From Nanoarchaeum equitans Kin4-M (GTDB lineage Archaea; Nanobdellota; Nanobdellia; Nanobdellales; Nanoarchaeaceae): a stretch of 32,000 nucleotides of DNA. Location: positions 450,001 to 482,000 of the forward strand of contig AE017199.1 in NCBI GenBank assembly GCA_000008085.1, written 5' to 3'. Shown in pieces: positions 8,738 to 17,119 of the stretch. The translations under genes and the position numbers were made by a program. Below the pieces are notes generated by a model. It did not search any database. It was not told where the DNA came from and saw only the letters and a list, made by a program, of their open reading frames with translations. Every line of letters starts with the position of its first letter. Position 1 is the stretch's first letter.

Positions 8738-9388
8738 ATGGAAGACCCCCTAATAAAAATATTAAAGCAATTTTCTATAGAAGATGCAAAATATGTTGAA
8801 TACAATTTGGATAGACAATTCCTAGCTTTGAAGGAAAACCCAAAACCTGTTGGTTTAGTCATAGCTAATGCTTTAATATCTTACCAATTAACTATGCCAG
8901 GCGAGAGATATTGGGAGCTATTCGCGAAAAAAGTTAATAGCTTTAACGATTTATATGATTTCGTCAAAAAATATAATCCTAGATTTTTATCGAATAAACT
9001 AAAAAGGTTAGAAAGGTTTAAGCCTTACATAGATATAATAGAACAAAATCGAGAGCACTATTATGAAAATATGGTTGCTCTGAATAAATTTTTGGCCAAA
9101 ATAATGAACCAAAATATTTACGATAAAACTATTGTTTTTTCTATAAAGATGTTTGCATATGCTATGAGAGCTTTGGGCTATAAATTTAAGCCTTTCCCAT
9201 TTGAAATAGCTATTCCTTTAGACTATAGGCTAAAAAAGATAAATCCCGATCTAAATTATTGGTTTTATGTGAGCAAACAAACCAACATACCACCATTACA
9301 TATAGATAGTTTGATATGGCCCATATTTAGAATAAAAAATTTGCCTAAAAAGTTTGCCCTATTGAAGGAATATCTATCGAACCTTTAA
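8738..9388 (+). CDS. Archaeal 8-oxoguanine DNA glycosylase/lyase (AGOG family)
   Basis: 216 aa. IANALISYQLTMPGERYWELF, DKTIVFSIKMFAYAM, PFEIAIPLDYRL and NIPPLHIDSLIW parallel the conserved blocks of Pyrobaculum AGOG as I remember them. Confidence 0.85.
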   Translation: MEDPLIKILKQFSIEDAKYVEYNLDRQFLALKENPKPVGLVIANALISYQLTMPGERYWELFAKKVNSFNDLYDFVKKYNPRFLSNKLKRLERFKPYIDIIEQNREHYYENMVALNKFLAKIMNQNIYDKTIVFSIKMFAYAMRALGYKFKPFPFEIAIPLDYRLKKINPDLNYWFYVSKQTNIPPLHIDSLIWPIFRIKNLPKKFALLKEYLSNL

Positions 9389-9409
9389 ATTTGTTAACCA
9401 AATTAATCG

Positions 9410-9661
9410 ATGGCTGAAAAAGAAGTTTTGTTACAACAAATTTTGATGCAAAAACAAGTATTAGAAGCGCAATTGGAAGAAATTAACAATGCTATAAAAG
9501 AGATAGAAGAATCTAACGGGAAAGTATATAAAATACTAGGTACATACTTTTTAGAGATACCAAAGGAGAAAGCATTAGAAGAATTAAATGAAAAGAAAAA
9601 ACTATTAGAAATCAGATTGGATGCATTGAAAAAACAAGAGGAAAAGCTAAAGGGAGAATAA
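9410..9661 (+). CDS. pfdB: Prefoldin beta subunit (short, 83 aa)
   Basis: Two coiled-coil arms flank the central beta hairpin region KVYKILGTYFLEIPKEKALEEL. TTTAAA at 9384-9389 is 23.5 nt upstream of the ATG. Confidence 0.7.
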   Translation: MAEKEVLLQQILMQKQVLEAQLEEINNAIKEIEESNGKVYKILGTYFLEIPKEKALEELNEKKKLLEIRLDALKKQEEKLKGE

Positions 9662-9720
9662 ATTCTTTCATTACCTCTTAGTGGTAGAAAAAAAATTAAA
9701 TCGCAAGAGGACACATCTCT

Positions 9721-10506
9721 ATGCAAGACATAAAAGCTTTTAGGGATGATTTTTTATTAATTCCTTTAATAAGAGGGGTTTTTCGGGATCCCACAAAATG
9801 GAGGATTGTTATAAAAAATGACACTCCCAAATGTTTTAAAGGTATCCCTGTTTGTACTAACATTCCATCGTATGTAAAGAGAAGAGCACTTACTGATATA
9901 GATATTTTATTTTATATTAATGACATAGCATTTGAAAAGAAAAACCTTCTGCAAGGATATAAAAAAATAGTGTATGAAGAGGCCGATGTTAACACAAAAG
10001 AGTCCCAATTAAATGAACTAATAAATACTGCTGCAATAACAATAATGAAGCAACTATTTACTCAAGCTCTCACAACAATATATGGCAAACTATATCCTAA
10101 AAAACTATATATCGATGTTTTGGGAGGAAAACCCAAAAACGAAGTTTATTGGGGGGTTATTATACCACCAAATTATCTGCTCATATCGGCAAGGTTTGCT
10201 CGAAGTAAAATATGGCTTAGCGGGTTAAGCTATAGTTTGCCTTTTAATGCGAGTTCTATTATTAATGCATTTTTAGAATTTAGTAGGACACGTAAACTGG
10301 GAGCAAGCTTTTATAATACTTATCCCACTTATACAAAACATATTGAAATATTAAACATACCCCCAAACGAGGAAAGCATAAAAAATTTAGCAATATCTTT
10401 AACATATGCAGAACATTCTGGATGGGATATTGATACATATTGGGAAGTATTTAATTATTTAAGAGAGTCTTTGGAAGATTTTCTTAGATATGGAGTGGAA
10501 AACTAA
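9721..10506 (+). CDS. Hypothetical protein
   Basis: 261-aa ORF with no recognisable motifs. The TATA-like AAATTAAA at 9693-9700 sits at the standard distance. Confidence 0.55.
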   Translation: MQDIKAFRDDFLLIPLIRGVFRDPTKWRIVIKNDTPKCFKGIPVCTNIPSYVKRRALTDIDILFYINDIAFEKKNLLQGYKKIVYEEADVNTKESQLNELINTAAITIMKQLFTQALTTIYGKLYPKKLYIDVLGGKPKNEVYWGVIIPPNYLLISARFARSKIWLSGLSYSLPFNASSIINAFLEFSRTRKLGASFYNTYPTYTKHIEILNIPPNEESIKNLAISLTYAEHSGWDIDTYWEVFNYLRESLEDFLRYGVEN

Positions 10507-11129
10507 AATAAATCCTGTAATTCAATTAACTCTATACCTGTTGTTTTTGAGCCAACGACTATTCCTTTGTCATTTAACAAAGCTGCAGCCCCAACAAATT
10601 TGTCCCCCATATTTAATGTTACAGGTTTAGCATCTTCTATATCTATATAAATGTCTGGATTGTGCAATAGCATTTTGCTATTCCCTATTAGAGAACTGCC
10701 AACTTCTATGTCAGTATCAATTAAATACAAATCCGCATTTAGCTTTTTAGCTAAAAGCTTTGCTTCTTTTTTAGTATCCTCCGCGGCAAAAAGCAAATTC
10801 TTTTTGGGCCAATAATAATAATTATTGCCTAATGCATTATTAACAACATCTACTACTTCTACTCTAAATAGTTCTTCCAATTTTTTTAATTCCTCTTCAT
10901 AAATAGAAGAAGGCACAATAATTAAGTCTTTTTTTCCTATAATGAAACTACCAACCGTTGGAGTTCCAGCTATTGTAGTTTTCACTATTCCTTCTAATCC
11001 TAATGTATCTTTTATTATTTTTTCCTCTTCTTTCGATATTACTTCTGATAATACCGCTATATCGTTAGCTATATATCCAAATAACCCTATAGAGTCGCTC
11101 CCATATATTTTAATTTTATTCACTCGCAA
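10503..11129 (-). CDS. eif6: Translation initiation factor 6 (aIF6/eIF6)
   Basis: 208 aa with the pentein-repeat pattern (GSDSIGLFG, GTPTVGSF, NALGNN, EVGSSLIGN, VGAAALLNDKGIVVG). The start is TTG at 11129, or GTG at 11123. Confidence 0.85.
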   Translation of the reverse strand: MRVNKIKIYGSDSIGLFGYIANDIAVLSEVISKEEEKIIKDTLGLEGIVKTTIAGTPTVGSFIIGKKDLIIVPSSIYEEELKKLEELFRVEVVDVVNNALGNNYYYWPKKNLLFAAEDTKKEAKLLAKKLNADLYLIDTDIEVGSSLIGNSKMLLHNPDIYIDIEDAKPVTLNMGDKFVGAAALLNDKGIVVGSKTTGIELIELQDLF

Positions 11130-11152
11130 GGTTCGAATATAGTATTGCGATA

Positions 11153-11160
11153 TTTATAAA
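11153..11160. promoter_or_regulatory. Palindromic TATA box TTTATAAA between aIF6 and the HIT gene
   Basis: The centre (11156.5) is 24.5 nt from the HIT ATG (11181) and 27.5 nt from the aIF6 TTG (11129). Confidence 0.55.
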
Positions 11161-11180
11161 GGTTATGCATTATTCTTAGT

Positions 11181-11570
11181 ATGTGCATCTTCTGTAAAAT
11201 AATAAACAAAGAGATACCCGCATATATAGTATATGAGGACGATTTCGTTATAGCAATATTAGATATATATCCAATGGCTAAGGGTCATACCTTAGTTATT
11301 CCGAAAAAACATGTAACTAGGCTAAAAGAGCTAAGCGAAGAAGAAGCTAAAAAGCTATTTGCTGGTCTAAAAAAAGTTATAGAAAAAATAGAGAAAATCT
11401 CTCCTGATTATAATATAATAATAAACCAAGGTCCAAAGGCGGGCCAAGAAATAGACCATTTGCATATACATATAATACCGAGAACAGGAGAAGAAAAAAT
11501 ATTTTATAACATTAGGCATAAGCTTACAGAGGAAGAGGCAAAAGAGGTTTTAGAAAAACTAAATGGTTAG
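11181..11570 (+). CDS. HIT-family (histidine triad) nucleotide hydrolase/transferase
   Basis: 129 aa. N-terminal MCIFCKII...IPA, DIYPMAKGHTLVIPKKH, and the catalytic triad HLHIHIIPR. Confidence 0.9.
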   Translation: MCIFCKIINKEIPAYIVYEDDFVIAILDIYPMAKGHTLVIPKKHVTRLKELSEEEAKKLFAGLKKVIEKIEKISPDYNIIINQGPKAGQEIDHLHIHIIPRTGEEKIFYNIRHKLTEEEAKEVLEKLNG

Positions 11571-11751
11571 AGTAATAGTAGAAGGGAGGGGCGAATATAA
11601 TATAGAAGCGAAAACTGTAAAAGAAGTGTTAGAAAAACTTAATTTGAAGCCTAGCGAAGTAGTAGTTCACGATGGAGAGAACATTTTATTGGAAGAGGAA
11701 GAGATTAAAAGCGATACTATATATATAACTTTGGTCGCTTCCGGAGGCTAA
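11563..11751 (+). CDS. ThiS/MoaD/Urm1-like beta-grasp small protein ending in Gly-Gly
   Basis: 62 aa. MVRVIVEG..EYNIEAKTVKEVLEKLNLKPSEVVVHDGENIL....IKSDTIYITLVASGG aligns over its full length with the ThiS pattern and has a C-terminal GG. It overlaps the HIT gene by 8 nt. Confidence 0.65.
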   Translation: MVRVIVEGRGEYNIEAKTVKEVLEKLNLKPSEVVVHDGENILLEEEEIKSDTIYITLVASGG

Positions 11752-11844
11752 GGCAAAGTTTTTATTACTATAGAGGAAAAGTCATTATAAAAGCTTACCA
11801 AAATCATTATAAAAGCTGCTAAACCAATTAAAATTAAAACCAAT

Positions 11845-12597
11845 TTAACTATTTCCTCCACTTTTTATTTTTTCCAATATTTTTTCTATCTCATTTACAT
11901 CAACATATTTTGCTTTTTTGGTTTTTTCATCAACATAAGCGATGTCCAACTTTTCAGCAGTTAATTCATTATTATTCTCTTTGTAGAAATTATACAATGC
12001 CTTTAATCCTAGTTCTATCGCTTTTTTAAGGGAGAGGTTTTCGTTATATTCTTTTCCTAAATAATCCAAAACCTTCTGTTCTCCTTCCCCTATAACAGCT
12101 AATTTGTATTCCCAAAACATTCCTCCAGGTTCAGTAACAAATATGTGTTTGCCTGTATCATCTATGCCTGCAAAAATTATAGAGACCCCAAATGGCCTTA
12201 CTCCTCCAATTTGGGTATATTCCTGTTTTATATCGGCTATCTCTTTTACTAACCCTCTAATATCGATGGGGTGGCCATAAAAATATTTGTAAGTTTGTGC
12301 TATAACTCTTGCTCTCTCTATTAAAACTCTACCATCTCCAATTATACCAGCAGGAGCAGCGATTACATGGTCGTCAACTATGTATACCTTTTCTATGGAT
12401 GAAGGTATTACGAATTTCTCAACAATTTTCTTATCTCCAATAACGAGGACACCTGTTTTATAAAGCATACCAATAGCGGTAGGGGATTGTTTTACTGTTG
12501 TTCTCGCATATTCTACTTGTAACAACCTCCCATCGGGGCTAAATAGAGTGCTAGCTCTATCATAGCCCATTACTTGTGGTAATTGCATAAAATCCAT
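11845..12597 (-). CDS. psmA: Proteasome alpha subunit
   Basis: 250 aa. Contains YDRASTLFSPDGRLLQVEYA and GVLVIGDKK, with RPFGVSIIFAGID typical of alpha subunits. Confidence 0.95.
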   Translation of the reverse strand: MDFMQLPQVMGYDRASTLFSPDGRLLQVEYARTTVKQSPTAIGMLYKTGVLVIGDKKIVEKFVIPSSIEKVYIVDDHVIAAPAGIIGDGRVLIERARVIAQTYKYFYGHPIDIRGLVKEIADIKQEYTQIGGVRPFGVSIIFAGIDDTGKHIFVTEPGGMFWEYKLAVIGEGEQKVLDYLGKEYNENLSLKKAIELGLKALYNFYKENNNELTAEKLDIAYVDEKTKKAKYVDVNEIEKILEKIKSGGNS

Positions 12598-12602
12598 CTA
12601 TA

Positions 12603-13577
12603 ATGCTATTAACCATTTTTATAAACTTTTATATACTTGCAAAAGTGAAATGCTCCTATTGTGACAAACCCGCTATATATTACGATGGAAAAAAATATTA
12701 TTGTAAAGAGCATTTTTTAGAATATTTTAAAAACTTGGCATTCAAAGCGATTAAAGAGTTTAACATGTTTTCGCCTGGCGATAGGGTTGCAGTTGCTGTT
12801 AGCGGGGGGAAAGATTCTGTAAGTTTATTACATTTTTTAACTAAACATAAAGATGAATTGGAATTAAAAGAAGTTGTTGGTTTAGCTATAGATGAAGGAA
12901 TTAAAGGGTATAGAGATGTAACTTTAAATTATTTGAAAGATTTCGCTAAAAAGCACAATCTTAAAATTAAAATTATTTCCTTCAAAGAAGAGATAGGATT
13001 AACTTTAGATGAAATGTTCGAATTAACTAAAAAATATAATTTGGGTTATTGGCCCTGCACTTATTGTGGGGTATTTAGGAGATGGTTGCTAAATAAATAT
13101 GCTATAGAACATTTCGATGTTTTAGCCACAGGTCATAATTTAAATGATGAAGCACAAACAGTTATATTAAATTTGGCAGAGCATAATATAAAGGATTTAG
13201 CAAAAGGCGGACCTGTTACTGGTATAAAGAGACATAATAAATTCATAAAAAGGGTAAAGCCTTTCTATTACATTACAGAAAAAGAAACAACAATCTATTC
13301 TATTGTTAACAAACTAAATGTACCTTATATAGAATGCCCCTATGCTAGGGGCGCTTTTAGAATTTATGTGCGAGATTTGTTGTATAAAATGGAACATGTT
13401 AGGGAATTACACGAAAACATAATAAAGAAATACCTCTCTTTTAGAGATAAGTTGCAAAAAAGGTATAATTTCGAATTGAAAACATGCAAAATATGTGGTT
13501 TTCCTACTACTAGAGAGATATGCCAAGCATGCCAATTAAGATTAACCTTTCAAAAATTGAAAGAAAAAAACCTTTAG
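12603..13577 (+). CDS. TtuA/NcsA(Ncs6)-family tRNA 2-thiolation PP-loop ATPase. Coordinates give the maximal ORF; the probable start is GTG 12645.
   Basis: N-terminal Zn finger CSYC...CKEH, PP-loop SGGKDS, cluster cysteines PCTYCGVFRR and ECPY, and C-terminal CKICG...CQAC. The first 14 codons of the maximal ORF cover the TATA box itself. Confidence 0.85.
   Translation: MLLTIFINFYILAKVKCSYCDKPAIYYDGKKYYCKEHFLEYFKNLAFKAIKEFNMFSPGDRVAVAVSGGKDSVSLLHFLTKHKDELELKEVVGLAIDEGIKGYRDVTLNYLKDFAKKHNLKIKIISFKEEIGLTLDEMFELTKKYNLGYWPCTYCGVFRRWLLNKYAIEHFDVLATGHNLNDEAQTVILNLAEHNIKDLAKGGPVTGIKRHNKFIKRVKPFYYITEKETTIYSIVNKLNVPYIECPYARGAFRIYVRDLLYKMEHVRELHENIIKKYLSFRDKLQKRYNFELKTCKICGFPTTREICQACQLRLTFQKLKEKNL
12618..12625. 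promoter_or_regulatory. Palindromic TATA box TTTATAAA shared by psmA and the TtuA/NcsA-like gene
   Basis: The centre (12621.5) is 24.5 nt from the psmA ATG (12597) and 23.5 nt from the in-frame GTG at 12645. Confidence 0.6.
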
Positions 13578-14642
13578 TTTATTGTGGTAAATTTCCCTCT
13601 CATGTTTTAGAGTAAAGTTATATTTTTCAGCATACTTTAATACCCATTCTTTATGGGGGGATAACAAAGCTAAAACTCCATTGTCTTTTAATATATACTC
13701 TGCTTGGTAAAACAAATATTCATGAACCTTCTCGCTTTCTTCTCTGTCTGCAGCTTTTATACCATAGGGAGGATTAGTAATTATATAATCTATGGCCTTT
13801 TCTCCCAATTTAAAATCTACATCTTCCAAATTTATTTTAGATACTTTAACTATATCTTTTACCCTTGCATGTATGCAATTTAGCTCTGCTCCTCTCATAT
13901 GTTTTACGAATTTATCAAAACACAATATTTTGGCTTTCCTATCCCATTTTATTGATTGTTCTATTTCATCAATTATATCGGGATTTAATTGATAGGCAAA
14001 AGTTTTATCGTATTGTCTATATAATGGAGGGATTTCCCTTAAATATAAAGCTGCCTCTATTGGAATTGTGCCAGACCCACACAATGGGTCTAACAAAGAT
14101 TGGCCATTCCATTTGGTTAATCTAATTAAAGAATTAGCAATAGTTGGAGCTAAACCTGCGGGATGGTAATATACTCTATAATACCTCTTATCTAAAGGTT
14201 GTTCCCCAATTAAATCATATCCAAAAATAGCGATATCTTTTAATATGTAACCTCTAAATATTACATCTGGGTTGGTTAGATCTACTTTATTATTGGTTTT
14301 TCTTCTAATAACATCGCCCAACCTATTATATAAATCCATTATATCTATGTCTATATCATATTTGTGCGCCCTAACAGCAAATTTTTTATTTATTATTTCG
14401 CTATAATCTATTTGGTTCGCTTCTCTTATAATGCTATCTATGTTTGGTTCACTAAAAAATTTTACCCACAATACTCTTTTAGATGTTTGAGTTTTTAGAG
14501 CTATTTTAACTATAGAATCCAAGTCCTTTACCTTGAATATATTAATAAAATCGTATTGTTTATCAAATTTTGCGCCTAGACTCTCTATTTCTTCTCTATT
14601 TATATCTTCTAAACCTTTATTAGCTATAGTAGCAATGTACAT
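13542..14642 (-). CDS. THUMP-domain RNA (tRNA guanine-N2, Trm14/TrmN-like) SAM-dependent methyltransferase
   Basis: 366 aa. N-terminal ferredoxin-like plus THUMP region, then LDPLCGSGTIPIEAAL (SAM motif I) and IITNPPYG (motif IV). Confidence 0.8.
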   Translation of the reverse strand: MYIATIANKGLEDINREEIESLGAKFDKQYDFINIFKVKDLDSIVKIALKTQTSKRVLWVKFFSEPNIDSIIREANQIDYSEIINKKFAVRAHKYDIDIDIMDLYNRLGDVIRRKTNNKVDLTNPDVIFRGYILKDIAIFGYDLIGEQPLDKRYYRVYYHPAGLAPTIANSLIRLTKWNGQSLLDPLCGSGTIPIEAALYLREIPPLYRQYDKTFAYQLNPDIIDEIEQSIKWDRKAKILCFDKFVKHMRGAELNCIHARVKDIVKVSKINLEDVDFKLGEKAIDYIITNPPYGIKAADREESEKVHEYLFYQAEYILKDNGVLALLSPHKEWVLKYAEKYNFTLKHEREIYHNKLKVFFFQFLKG

Positions 14643-14676
14643 AAAGGGAATTAAATTGCCATTTTAATAATAACAA

Positions 14677-15735
14677 ATGCAACAGAATTTTGTTATTTAC
14701 ACTAGGGCTAAAAAAGATGCTAAAGCTTTGTCGCATTTAAATTTACCTTTTGAAATAAAAACTTTACAAGGCATAAGGGGAGAAGAGTTAATAGAAACCA
14801 TAAAAAATATGGATGGTTTATATTATAAATTGTTTTTATTGGGCAAGAGAGATCCCGATGTAGAAGTTGATAGCTATTTAACTGTTATACATAAAGTTCC
14901 AAAGGCAAATGTAAGAAATGTTAAACTACCTCTATTAAAAAAAGAGCTAAAAACTGCTTTATATAAATTCATTACCAAGCCCTTTAATATAGAATGTGAA
15001 TGCGATGTTGGTTTATGGGATAAAGGCATAATACTTTTCAAAAAATACGAAGATTTGTATTATTCTAATGGAAAACTAGTTAAAAAAATAGATAGAATTA
15101 AAGGGGAAATAATAGAATATGGCGAAGCCGATGGAGAAAAACCCTATATAGATATAAAAGAAAAAGTTAATGAAGCTATCGAATTTATTAAGCAATTTAA
15201 AGATTATGAAATTGTTATACCCTTTTCTGGAGGAAAAGATTCAACAACAGTCGCAATATTAGCTAAAAAAGCTAAAGTAGATTTTGATTTGGTTTTTGTC
15301 GATACGGGATTAGAGTTTAAGCAAACTTTAGAGTATATCGATTATATATCGAAAAAAATTAAGCCTATAAATATAGTTTATGCAGGCATAGACAAAAAAT
15401 ACAAAATGTTCGGTTTTGATTATCTAAAGAGAAGACTATGTACTAAAGATAAAATAACCACTTTATATAATTATGTAAGGAATAATTACGAAAACCCTGT
15501 TCTATTGGTTGGGGATAGACTAATAGAAAGCGAAGCTAGATTGTTTAGACCTAGAATATTTAAAGATGAATTTTTGGTTGCACAACCAATTAAGTTTTTT
15601 TCTTATGCTGACGAACAAATATTGTTAGAAAAGGAAAACATAAAGCTTAACCCATTGTACGAAAAAGGCTTTTATAGAGTTGGTTGTAATGTATGTCCCT
15701 TTTTAGACAATTACGAAAAATCAATACCTCTCTAA
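14677..15735 (+). CDS. PAPS-reductase-family PP-loop protein with an unrecognised ~170-aa N-terminal domain
   Basis: The C-terminal half carries PFSGGKDSTTVAILA, VFVDTGLEFKQTLEYI and RVGCNVCPF, which are hallmarks of the PAPS reductase/DndC-like family. I match no motif in residues 1-170. Confidence 0.7.
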   Translation: MQQNFVIYTRAKKDAKALSHLNLPFEIKTLQGIRGEELIETIKNMDGLYYKLFLLGKRDPDVEVDSYLTVIHKVPKANVRNVKLPLLKKELKTALYKFITKPFNIECECDVGLWDKGIILFKKYEDLYYSNGKLVKKIDRIKGEIIEYGEADGEKPYIDIKEKVNEAIEFIKQFKDYEIVIPFSGGKDSTTVAILAKKAKVDFDLVFVDTGLEFKQTLEYIDYISKKIKPINIVYAGIDKKYKMFGFDYLKRRLCTKDKITTLYNYVRNNYENPVLLVGDRLIESEARLFRPRIFKDEFLVAQPIKFFSYADEQILLEKENIKLNPLYEKGFYRVGCNVCPFLDNYEKSIPL

Positions 15736-16401
15736 TTCCTTTATTTCTGCATTTCCCTCAGTTAGTTTCTCTATTTTTTCTATAAATTCTTGGTATATCC
15801 CTGCAGGCAAACTTAATATTGCATAATAATTGTCAGAAAATTCTTCTTTTTGGGGTCTAAACGATTTAATATAGGAATAAGCTTTGTAGATATATTCGTT
15901 TGGTATTTTTATGACAATTCTAATTTTTTCTCCTTTCAATGGTATAATCTTTTTTAACTCTTTTACTATGCTTTCCAATTGCGCTTCTGCGGGCTTTGTT
16001 ATATCTATGTTTATTTTAGCTTTTTCCATAGCTAGTTCTATTCTTTGATATGTGTATGGCAAACCTGTTCTAGGATCTATATAGTTTTTCCTAATTAATT
16101 CTATTATTTTTCTTTTTAACTCTTCTTTTATTTTTCTTTTGTACTCAGTAGGGATTTGCAATTGGCCTTTCTTTATTATTTGTTCTGCAATTACATAAAC
16201 ATCTGTTGTTTTGAATACTTTTTTTAATACTTCTTCGCTTTGCCTTTCCCCAGTTTTAACATTCCTAAATATTTCTGGCACTAACAATAGTTTTTCCTTA
16301 TCGTATGGTTTGCCCTCTTTCAATTTTATTGCTTCCTCAAAATCAACATATACTTCAAAAGTTTCTTTCCCTATTTTTAGTCTAGCTATTACTTCCTTCA
16401 T
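15721..16401 (-). CDS. SBDS/Sdo1-family ribosome maturation protein
   Basis: 226 aa. ARLKIGKETFEVYVDFEEAIKLKEG, VFKTTDVYVIAEQIIKKGQLQIPTEYKRK and DPRTGLPYTYQRIELAM match the FYSH domain and central domain of SBDS. Confidence 0.85.
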   Translation of the reverse strand: MKEVIARLKIGKETFEVYVDFEEAIKLKEGKPYDKEKLLLVPEIFRNVKTGERQSEEVLKKVFKTTDVYVIAEQIIKKGQLQIPTEYKRKIKEELKRKIIELIRKNYIDPRTGLPYTYQRIELAMEKAKINIDITKPAEAQLESIVKELKKIIPLKGEKIRIVIKIPNEYIYKAYSYIKSFRPQKEEFSDNYYAILSLPAGIYQEFIEKIEKLTEGNAEIKELERY

Positions 16402-17119
16402 ATATTTGTTTTTGCAATTGTTTTAAATTATTTTTTAGGCTCTCTATGCATGGTTCTTTAACTAATGGGTTACCTTGCCCTTTACATTTCTCATAAGTCT
16501 TTTCATCTAACAATGGAATAATTTTTATATTTAACTCTTTAGATGCGTCCATTACGGCTTTGTATGTTAGGCTATCCGGTTTCATATATACAGTATAGTA
16601 ATTGTATTGGTGCCTTCTTAGGAATTCTTTAACCCTTTTATAGGTAACCCAATAATATAGTTTTTTTATGTCTTCGGTTTCTTCCCATTCAGGCCAATCA
16701 TAACTATTAAAGGGCCAATAAGTATGGAATTCCCATGGTATTATGCCGGGATTAGAAACTATAACTCTATGAATTCTATTAAATATTTGAAATCCCGAAA
16801 TAGCTCTTTGTATTGTTCTATGAGTTTTAGATTTATAATACGGCTTTTTTGCTGCACAGGGCAAAAACATTAATATGTCTTTTTCTTTAGGCCTTTCATA
16901 TATTCTTATAATATAATCGAACCATGCTTCGTAAACTTCGTTAACCAAATTCTCTACTTTGGCCCCTTTAATTTTATTGCTATAATACTTTTTTATTTGT
17001 TCATTGAATTTAGGTATAAATTTTAGATTTTCATAATCTATTTCTATTTTTGGATTGTCTTTATATTTGCTTACTATAGCTTCAAACTCTTCTTTCGATA
17101 ATGGTTTCCAACAACTCAT
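16382..17119 (-). CDS. Stand-alone DUF5591 (archaeosine-synthase ArcS-like) domain protein
   Basis: 245 aa. LPCAAKKPYYKSKTH fits the ArcS signature PC-X3-KPY-X2-S-X2-H exactly. No TGT-like or PUA domain is present in the ORF. Confidence 0.6.
   Translation of the reverse strand: MSCWKPLSKEEFEAIVSKYKDNPKIEIDYENLKFIPKFNEQIKKYYSNKIKGAKVENLVNEVYEAWFDYIIRIYERPKEKDILMFLPCAAKKPYYKSKTHRTIQRAISGFQIFNRIHRVIVSNPGIIPWEFHTYWPFNSYDWPEWEETEDIKKLYYWVTYKRVKEFLRRHQYNYYTVYMKPDSLTYKAVMDASKELNIKIIPLLDEKTYEKCKGQGNPLVKEPCIESLKNNLKQLQKQIYEGSNS

Noticed and set aside
11124-11150. Hairpin TCGCAA-N15-TTGCGA whose loop contains GGTTCGAAT, a tRNA T-loop-like sequence
   Set aside because: No acceptor, D or anticodon arms surround it, and the stem is AT-poor and only 6 bp. 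It also overlaps the aIF6 start codon region. The T-loop resemblance is judged coincidental.
11782-11817. Direct repeat TCATTATAAAAGCT (11782-11795 and 11804-11817) plus repeated AAACCAATT in the only sizeable convergent spacer
   Set aside because: It lies between two gene 3' ends. The T-runs on both strands (GTTTTTATT on the plus strand; GGTTTTAATTTTAATTGGTTT and GCTTTTAT on the minus strand) fit archaeal oligo-T terminators. There is no GC-rich RNA-like segment or ORF downstream of the TATA-like repeats. An antisense-promoter role cannot be excluded, but it is unsupported.
13144-13150. Perfect C-box-like ATGATGA (also the reverse-complement ATGATGA at 31619-31625 and TGATGA at 24273-24278), considered as possible C/D box sRNAs
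   Set aside because: All lie inside coding frames that explain them (NDEAQ, YDEE, VDDI), and none has a CUGA D box at the expected 50-70 nt downstream. I found no intergenic C/D candidate by eye; a dedicated scan such as snoscan is still advisable.
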